Source of the DNA: Minisyncoccota bacterium
Lineage (GTDB): Bacteria; Patescibacteriota; Minisyncoccia; Phycocordibacterales; XYD1-FULL-46-19
NCBI GenBank assembly: GCA_040879645.1
Contig: JBBDJY010000013.1
Location: forward strand, 30,366-94,365
Direction: 5' to 3'
Length of the DNA: 64,000 bases
Below, one piece after another: positions 37,838 to 44,362 of the stretch. The position numbers and the translations under genes are program-made. Every line of letters begins with the position of its first letter. Positions within the stretch are counted from its first letter, which is position 1. The notes under the pieces were generated by a model that saw nothing but the letters and a program-made list of their open reading frames with translations, had not been told where the DNA came from and did no database searches.

Positions 37838-38315
37838 AACGATTCCATTATATCTTTTTATCCTAAAAAGTAAATCTACTTTACTGTTAACCATCTGAGG
37901 TGATATTTCTGCCAACTTGGAGTGACAAAGGTTAATCGGGCCAATGGTGGTCTTGCTGACAATTTACCAAGATCATAAAATATAGACAGTGTTTTGTTTA
38001 GCGGTTATTTAGCCGGGTATCAGACAAGTCTTTTAGTCAATCATTTTTAGGATCAAAGACAATTTATTTTGACCTATAAAATACTCTCTTTTCACGGGAA
38101 ACCTTTAAAAAATGGCTAAATATGGGGATAACTATGGGGACAATGTGTATAAGAGACAGTATTATTAAAGATGTCTTTGACCCTTATAAATCAAATAAAT
38201 GTTTAATAATAAGGGTATTTTAGTAAAAGTCCTTAAAAAAGCTTAATTTTAACTGTCCTTTTCCCGAAAGTGTTTCTTATGAAACACTTTCGGGAAATAA
38301 AATAATAAAAAATCT

Positions 38316-38714
38316 ATGAATAATAATAAAAAACCGACGGAAAAACAGGTTATTGGTCGGCTGGGGGAAGACCTAGCGGCCGAATATTTAAAGAAAAATA
38401 AGTTTAAAATCAAGGAAATAAATTACTGGAAGCCGTGGGGAGAGATTGACATTATCGCGGTCAAAAATGACATTCTTCATTTTGTCGAAGTAAAGACAGT
38501 AACTGTTAAAAGTGTTAATCATGAAACCTATGATCGTTATGAACCGGAAGATAATATCCAACCGTGGAAATTAAGAAGATTATATCGGACGATTGAAAGT
38601 TATTTAGAAGAAAAGAAAATTGATGATGAGGCCGATTGGCAATTAGATGTGATGGCTGTTTATCTGGATCCGCAACGAAAATTATTGCAAATCGAATATT
38701 TACCCGATATTTAG
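38316..38714 (+). CDS. YraN (UPF0102) family endonuclease-like protein
   Basis: Motifs G.LGEDLAAEYL, GEIDIIA and HFVEVKT. Confidence 0.92.
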   Translation: MNNNKKPTEKQVIGRLGEDLAAEYLKKNKFKIKEINYWKPWGEIDIIAVKNDILHFVEVKTVTVKSVNHETYDRYEPEDNIQPWKLRRLYRTIESYLEEKKIDDEADWQLDVMAVYLDPQRKLLQIEYLPDI

Positions 38715-38838
38715 CCGTTAAATATCAAGTTTCAAAAGGACAAGGCAGGGGAGTCGATTATCTTAAACGAGGGGATTGCCGGTAAAAATTTTAGCGAATT
38801 GCTTTAACCCCTTATTTTGCTATAGTTAGGCTGTTTTG

Positions 38839-38911
38839 CGGAGCGTAGTGTAACGGCTAACATGCCTGGTTTGGGACCAGGTGATTCCGGGTTCGAATCC
38901 CGGCGCTCCGA
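38839..38911 (+). tRNA. tRNA-Pro(TGG)
   Basis: Acceptor stem CGGAGCG/CGCTCCG, anticodon arm CCTGG-TTTGGGA-CCAGG, T-loop TTCGAAT. Confidence 0.95.
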
Positions 38912-39128
38912 ACGATAATGAGGACGCAGCAAGCCAACTGCTTGGCTTGCGTCGGGATGCGAAAGGCGCAGCGATGTTTTTGTTTGGCGGAGCCAAGGCA
39001 AAAACCGCGAGCCGGGGCTGACAAATTTTTCCGTCAGGAAAAATATTGGTGGCCGAATCCCGGCGCTCCGAACGATAGTGAGGACGCAGCAAGCCAACTG
39101 CTTGGCTTGCGTCGGGATGAGAAAGGCG
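38894..39128 (+). mobile_element. tRNA-Pro 3'-linked structured element; 75-bp direct repeat with a 160-bp period
   Basis: 38894-38968 matches 39054-39128 with 2 mismatches, and both copies begin at the T-loop CGA. Mobility is inferred. Confidence 0.6.
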
Positions 39129-39207
39129 TGGGGACCCAGGTAGGTCCGCCCGTACCGAACGACGCTCAGTCGGGCGGGAAGTTGTCGGGATATTTCGGCA
39201 GGCCAAT

Positions 39208-39243
39208 AAAAAAACCGCTGATGTCAGTTGGAGATCAGCGGTT
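39208..39243 (-). terminator. Terminator downstream of the KdsC-like gene
   Basis: AACCGCTGAT/ATCAGCGGTT stem with an A-tract on the plus strand. Confidence 0.65.
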
Positions 39244-39292
39244 AGAGATGAGGTGGATCGTTTAGATTGAGCCGGCGATAGGGGAGTCGGGA

Positions 39293-39841
39293 TTAACCGA
39301 ATCTCTTTTTGTCGCGAATAATCAAATCACAAATTTCGCGGACGGCTCCATTGCCGCCGAATCGGCGGGTGATGTGACAGGCGGAATCTCTCACTTTGCC
39401 GATGGCATTGGCTACGGCTACCGGGTAGCCGACGGTTTCAAGTACCGGCAGGTCGCCGACATCATCGCCGACGAAGCAGACTTCGTCAAGATTGATGTGG
39501 CAGAATTCTTCGCGTTCCAGTACTCGCTTGAGTTCAGTCAACTTGTCGTCAGTCGGCGGACTGCACCAGATTTCCAGCTTGTCGCAACGATGTTGGACAT
39601 AGGCCGAACGCTGACCGGAGATGACAATCACCACGACGCCAATTTGGCGAAGATCCTTGATCCCCTGGCCGTCGAGGTGGGAACAAGTTACCATCTCGTG
39701 GCCGTCGGAAGAGGCAATCACTTGGCCGTTGGTCAAGACGCCGTCAAAGTCAAGGGCCAGAAGTTTAATCCGGTTAAACCGAACTCCATCAGGGTCGTCT
39801 CTGGCCATTGGTCGAAGCATTTGTTTGAGATCACTTGTCAT
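39293..39841 (-). CDS. KdsC/YrbI-family HAD phosphatase
   Basis: Motifs LDFDGVLT, ISG, K, FVGDDVGD and GGNGAVREICD. Strong AGGAGG Shine-Dalgarno. Confidence 0.88.
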   Translation of the reverse strand: MTSDLKQMLRPMARDDPDGVRFNRIKLLALDFDGVLTNGQVIASSDGHEMVTCSHLDGQGIKDLRQIGVVVIVISGQRSAYVQHRCDKLEIWCSPPTDDKLTELKRVLEREEFCHINLDEVCFVGDDVGDLPVLETVGYPVAVANAIGKVRDSACHITRRFGGNGAVREICDLIIRDKKRFG

Positions 39842-40007
39842 TAAAATCCTCCTTTCTTGTTGTCTAGGGTCTTTCTTATTACTGTCTGTTTAAATAATCT
39901 CTGTCAAGTTTTTATCGGTGTGTCGAAATATCTCGCTTGATTGTCGGTAGAGAAGACAAGAGCTTGTTTTATTTAATTAAATTTTTTGGCTTATTACCGG
40001 TTTAAGC

Positions 40008-41039
40008 TTAAAGTAAATTAAGTAAAAAAGTGGCAAGGGAAAAATAAATGATAACCGAAATAATGTCTCGGATGATGGTGGCCAACGGTCCGGCCGAAAT
40101 TGCCGGATCGGTTTTTAAGCGGACAAAAATCCAAGGCATAACCACACCGGTAAAAGCGGCTAAGATAATTGTCAGAAAAAAAGATAAAAAAAGAATCAAG
40201 CCCAAGGTTGGCGATTGCCACCACCAGCCGGTGAACAAGCCACCACCGGAACTTAAAACCAAAGCCAATAGACCGGCGACAATCATTTCGCGTTGCAGGT
40301 ATTTTTTAAAATTTAATTTATCAGTCAAAGCTAAACTGCGGACAAAAACGGTTTGACTTTGTGCGCCGACGGCATCAGCCAGATAGACAATGGCCGGAAT
40401 AAAAGCGGCTAAGACAATCATCTCGGTCAAAGTTTTTTCAAACCAACTGATAACCCAAGCGGCTAAAACTCCGCCACCCAAACCGGCCACTAACCAAGGC
40501 AAGCGCTTGTTAAAATAACGCACCGGTGAAATGGTTAAAAGTTCGCGGGCCGGATCACTGAAAGGATGGATACCGGCGGAATGTAAGGCATCTTCAATTG
40601 TTTCTTGATTTAAAATATTTAAAATCGTATCGGAGGTTACCACCCCCAACAATCGATGATTATTATCAACCACCGGAATACTTTTTAAATTATGTTTAAT
40701 CGCCAGCCAGACGATTCGCTCTTGATCGGTATGAGGTCTGACCGAAACAAGATTAGTTGTTCGACCGGTGCCGACTGATTCGCTTTTGGATAGGCGATAG
40801 AGTTCTTTGATTGAAATGACGCCTCTTAATTTTCGTTCATGGTTGACGATGTAAATGTAATTAATCGTTTCAAATTCACGAATTTGTTTTAATAAAAAAC
40901 TTTCAATCTCGGCAATGGTCATGCCGGCGGTCGCCAAGGGGACACTGACGGCCATCAAGCGACCGGCCGTCTCAGGCGGAAAAGCCGAAGGCTTAATGGT
41001 TAAATCAAAAACCGTTGATTGATTGTTTTTTTCCTTCAT
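40008..41039 (-). CDS. mgtE: Magnesium transporter MgtE (CBS pair plus TM domain)
   Basis: TAGRLM, CBS motifs, KRLPWL and DPAISAGPLATIIRD. Confidence 0.9.
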   Translation of the reverse strand: MKEKNNQSTVFDLTIKPSAFPPETAGRLMAVSVPLATAGMTIAEIESFLLKQIREFETINYIYIVNHERKLRGVISIKELYRLSKSESVGTGRTTNLVSVRPHTDQERIVWLAIKHNLKSIPVVDNNHRLLGVVTSDTILNILNQETIEDALHSAGIHPFSDPARELLTISPVRYFNKRLPWLVAGLGGGVLAAWVISWFEKTLTEMIVLAAFIPAIVYLADAVGAQSQTVFVRSLALTDKLNFKKYLQREMIVAGLLALVLSSGGGLFTGWWWQSPTLGLILFLSFFLTIILAAFTGVVMPWIFVRLKTDPAISAGPLATIIRDIISVIIYFSLATFLLNLL

Positions 41040-41146
41040 CTAAAAATTATAACAATTTGTTATTTAATCGACTATCGGTTTTTTTAAATTAACAATTGAA
41101 TTAAAATTTCTGATTTAAAAAAGTGGCCGAAAAAATTTTCGGCCAC

Positions 41147-41443
41147 TTAACGCGCTTCCCGTTGATTGTTCAACCTTTCCACCTCTTGCTTCAAGATCCC
41201 CGTGATCTTTTTTGCCTTGTCTCGAAAACCGGTGACGACAGTGACTTGGCATTGTCCGTCTCGACGGTTAATCCGAATCCGAATCGTTCCCGGATGTTCG
41301 GCTCGAAGTTGGCAAGTAAATTCTTCCGCTTCGTGAGTCGTTTCCTTGGTCATGATCCAAGAGCCTTTCGACAAGTGGATCGGAATAGCGGCTCGGAGCA
41401 ATCGCTGAAGAATTTGTTTTCGACGGTTGTCATCTAGTGTCAT
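41147..41443 (-). CDS. Hypothetical protein
   Basis: 98 aa, with AAGGAGG 7 nt upstream of the ATG. Confidence 0.55.
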   Translation of the reverse strand: MTLDDNRRKQILQRLLRAAIPIHLSKGSWIMTKETTHEAEEFTCQLRAEHPGTIRIRINRRDGQCQVTVVTGFRDKAKKITGILKQEVERLNNQREAR

Positions 41444-41634
41444 GGCCGGACCTCCTTGTTTATGGGAGCGCGAGCCAATTCTTCTTTAAGTTTAATTCGC
41501 TGGTGGTAAAAGTCAATGCAAGGTCAAAAAAATCGTTATTTTACAATAGTTACACAGCTTTCATGAATAAATTAGGGCTTGATGAAACGATGATAGATTT
41601 AAAAAATTATTAAGTAAATTTATTTAGGGTTCGA

Positions 41635-41725
41635 TTCTCCCTACCCCTAAGACAAAATATAGTCGTCCAATACTCTGTATTGTCCTCGTTATTTTGTGCG
41701 GGTAGGGAGAATCGAACTCCCGTCT
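41635..41725. repeat. 91-bp exact direct repeat, copy 2, inside an approximately 89-nt hairpin with the tRNA 3' end
   Basis: Identical to 37705-37795. 41629-41646 is the exact reverse complement of 41700-41717. Confidence 0.92.
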
Positions 41726-41767
41726 ACTGCTTGGAAGGCAGTCATTCTACCACTAAACTATACCCGC
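41697..41767 (-). tRNA. tRNA-Gly(TCC)
   Basis: Minus strand reads GCGGGTA...ACTGC-CTTCCAA-GCAGT...GTTCGATTC...TACCCGCA. Confidence 0.95.
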
Positions 41768-41903
41768 AATTCAGATGTTTCATTATGCTAGCAAAAACTC
41801 GTCGTAAAAACAATTGCCAAAATTTTGGCCGGCGGATATTTTTAATTGATTTACCCTGATTGTTTCTCGGTAAAATAATCGGCAGATATGTTATAATCGA
41901 GCG

Positions 41904-42884
41904 ATGCCGATTTTGTATTTAATCATCTTTTTGTTTTCCTGTTTTTTATTATATTGGTCGGGAGAAATCCTTATCAACCACTTGATTAAGTTGTCCAAGT
42001 TTTTAGGCTTGACGGAATTTGTTGTCGCTTTTTTTGTTATGGCCTTAGCCGCCTCTTTGCCTAATTTTTTTGTCGGTTTAACTTCGGTTTGGCAAGGGGT
42101 GCCGGAATTGTCACTCGGTGATATTTTTGGTAACAATATGGCGGCACTGACTTTGGCCATTTTTTTCGCGGTGCTTTTTGCTCCCGGTCGGGAGATCAAA
42201 GCCGATGGCGAAACGGTGCAAATCAGTGTTTGGGCGACGGCCCTGGCGGTCGTTTTACCGCTCATTCTTTTGGCCGACAATGTTATTTCTCGTTCGGACG
42301 GTTTCATTTTAATTATCGCTTTCTTGATTTATGTCTTTTGGCTCTTATCCAAAAAAGAACGGTTTAGTAAAATTTATGATGGCGAACCGGAAGCGAACAA
42401 GGGGCCGACGATTAAAAAATTATTCGGCGTTATTAAATCTTTAACTTTAATTTTTCTTGGGGTGGCTTTGCTTTTGTTAGCCGCTCAGGGGATTGTTTCC
42501 TCGGCGATTTATTTTGCCGTTTTCCTCGGCTTGCCACTCATCTTGATTGGTTTTTTAATTGTCGGTTTTGGCAATGCTCTGCCGGAAGTTTATTTTTCTT
42601 TTATCTCGGCTCGGCGTGGTGAGACTTCGCTTATTTTGGGTAACGTGATGGGTTCGGTAATTTTCCCGGCGACTTTGATTCTTGGTTTGGTGGCGGTTGC
42701 CGAACCGATTGAAGTCAGTAATAATGATTTTCTGGTTTTGTCTCGTTTCTTTTTATTGTTGGCCAGCGGTCTCTTTTTATTGGCGGCCCGGACACATAAA
42801 AAGATTTCTCTCAATGAAGCGGCGGCTCTCGGTTTGGTTTATGTTTTATTTATGGCCAGCATCATTTGGTTTTTTGCTTTATAA
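41904..42884 (+). CDS. Sodium:calcium antiporter (CaCA/YrbG family)
   Basis: Two alpha repeats, AASLPN..GDIFGNN and GNALPE..GNVMGS, with about 10 TMs. Confidence 0.88.
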   Translation: MPILYLIIFLFSCFLLYWSGEILINHLIKLSKFLGLTEFVVAFFVMALAASLPNFFVGLTSVWQGVPELSLGDIFGNNMAALTLAIFFAVLFAPGREIKADGETVQISVWATALAVVLPLILLADNVISRSDGFILIIAFLIYVFWLLSKKERFSKIYDGEPEANKGPTIKKLFGVIKSLTLIFLGVALLLLAAQGIVSSAIYFAVFLGLPLILIGFLIVGFGNALPEVYFSFISARRGETSLILGNVMGSVIFPATLILGLVAVAEPIEVSNNDFLVLSRFFLLLASGLFLLAARTHKKISLNEAAALGLVYVLFMASIIWFFAL

Positions 42885-43066
42885 CTAAAATTAATTTCCG
42901 GCGGTTTTTAAAATTGACGGTTTGTCATTTTGGCTGACGGGCGGCCAAAATCTTTAAAAAACTGAAGACCATTTTTCTCGGCCGGTTAAGACCTGGCGAC
43001 GATTTTGCGGTGGTCGAAAAAACTGTTATCATCTTTTTGTTACTAATCAGTTTTAACTAATTATTG

Positions 43067-43894
43067 ATGGAAAAATATTGCTATGCCGACGGGAAGATAA
43101 TTCCCTTGACTCGAGCTTGCTTGCCGGTTAATGATTTGGGACTTTTGCGCGGTTACTCACTTTTTGATTTTTTGTGGGTGGTGGATGGTAAGCCGTTTCA
43201 TTACCAAGATCACTTTGCTCGGTTTAAAAAATCAGCTCGTTTTCTTAATTTACTGTTGCCTAAAACGGCTCACGAAATTGCCACCATTATCAATCAATTG
43301 GTCAAGAAAAATAAATGCCCCAATGCCGGTGTCCGTTTGGTTTTGACCGGTGGGCCGGCTCGGGACGGTTTAACCCCAACCAAACCGACTTTCTATATTT
43401 TACTGGAGGACCGTTACTTGCCTTCGCCGGCTGTTTATCAAAAAGGCGGACGATTGATTACTTACGAATATCATCGTTCCCCGTTTGCTATCAAACATAC
43501 CAACTACCTGACGGCGGTTCGTTTGCAAAAGTTAAAAAAGCGCAAACGGGCGATTGAAATTCTTTACACTGACCACGGCCAAGTTTTGGAAGCAACCACC
43601 AGTAACATTTTTCTGGTTTCCGGTGGACAGATTATTACTCCCAAAGTCGGTATCTTGCCGGGGATTACCCGAAAACTGGTTTTGCATTTAGCTCGGCAGG
43701 CCAAATTAAAAACCATGGAACGAGCAATCACTATTAAAAAACTATTGGCGGCCGATGAAGTCTTTATTACCGCCACCAACAAAAAAATCGTACCGATTGT
43801 CAAAATTGATAATCAGCCTATCAGCCTCGGCCGAATTGGCCCGATAACTCGTCGACTGATGGATAGTTTTGATGATTATTTAAGGAATTATTGA
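43067..43894 (+). CDS. Class IV PLP aminotransferase (D-amino-acid or branched-chain family)
   Basis: D.GLLRGYSLF, IKHTNY (PLP Lys), EATTSNIF and ILPGITR. Confidence 0.9.
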   Translation: MEKYCYADGKIIPLTRACLPVNDLGLLRGYSLFDFLWVVDGKPFHYQDHFARFKKSARFLNLLLPKTAHEIATIINQLVKKNKCPNAGVRLVLTGGPARDGLTPTKPTFYILLEDRYLPSPAVYQKGGRLITYEYHRSPFAIKHTNYLTAVRLQKLKKRKRAIEILYTDHGQVLEATTSNIFLVSGGQIITPKVGILPGITRKLVLHLARQAKLKTMERAITIKKLLAADEVFITATNKKIVPIVKIDNQPISLGRIGPITRRLMDSFDDYLRNY

Positions 43895-43925
43895 GGTGTG
43901 GTGTTCGAAATCAGACGCAAAAAAA

Positions 43926-43956
43926 CCCCTCCACTCGCCAGCGGAGGGGCTTTTTT
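43926..43956. terminator. Bidirectional terminator; palindrome family copy 3
   Basis: A-tract, CCCCTCCACTCGCCAGCGGAGGGG, T-tract, between convergent genes. Confidence 0.75.
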
Positions 43957-43971
43957 GCGTGGGGAGGAATA

Positions 43972-44244
43972 TTATCTGACCGCGTCCTTTAAGGCCTTGG
44001 CTGCTCTAAACTTGGGAACTTTCATTTCCGGTACTTCTACCGCTTCGCCGGTCCGCGGATTGCGGGCGGTGCGAGCCGCTCTGGTCTTAGCCGAAAAAAT
44101 ACCCAAGCCGGCGATAGAAACCTCTTCGCCTTTTTGCAAGGTAGAGACAATGGAGCTGATCATCGTATCGACCGCCTTCTCGGCGACACTTTTGGTGCCA
44201 CCAATTTCTTCGTGGACTTGGTCGATAATTGATTGCTTATTCAT
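43972..44244 (-). CDS. hup: DNA-binding protein HU
   Basis: Motifs MNK, GLGIF, RTARNPRTGE and PKFRAAKALKD. Confidence 0.96.
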   Translation of the reverse strand: MNKQSIIDQVHEEIGGTKSVAEKAVDTMISSIVSTLQKGEEVSIAGLGIFSAKTRAARTARNPRTGEAVEVPEMKVPKFRAAKALKDAVR

Positions 44245-44362
44245 AATTTACGGTTAAAATAACTTTATAATAAACGACCAAAAAGCTTATAAACAGTATA
44301 TAACTCGGACCACAGGGGTGCAAGCAATCTGCTGGCAATCGATTAATCAGTCATTTTCGTTC

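Larger units (their letters stand above)
35792..38528. promoter_or_regulatory. Cluster of at least 8 parS-like 16-mers
   Basis: Sites start at 35792, 36029, 36296, 36649, 36738, 38088, 38271 and 38513. Each keeps at least one near-canonical GTTTCAYG half of TGTTTCACGTGAAACA. Confidence 0.7.

Noticed and set aside
37587-37866. ORFs 37587-37802 and 37660-37866
   Set aside because: They overlap tRNA-Gly(GCC) and the structured element and show no protein-like features.
38912-38970. Hammerhead ribozyme in the tRNA trailer (TGAG-stem-CGAAA)
   Set aside because: The CUGAnGA core is not intact (ATAATGAG), and extra bases separate the stem from GAAA.
38804-39265. ORFs 38804-39097, 38826-39206 and 38918-39265
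   Set aside because: They overlap tRNA-Pro and its GC-rich repeat, and their repeated peptides simply mirror the DNA repeat.
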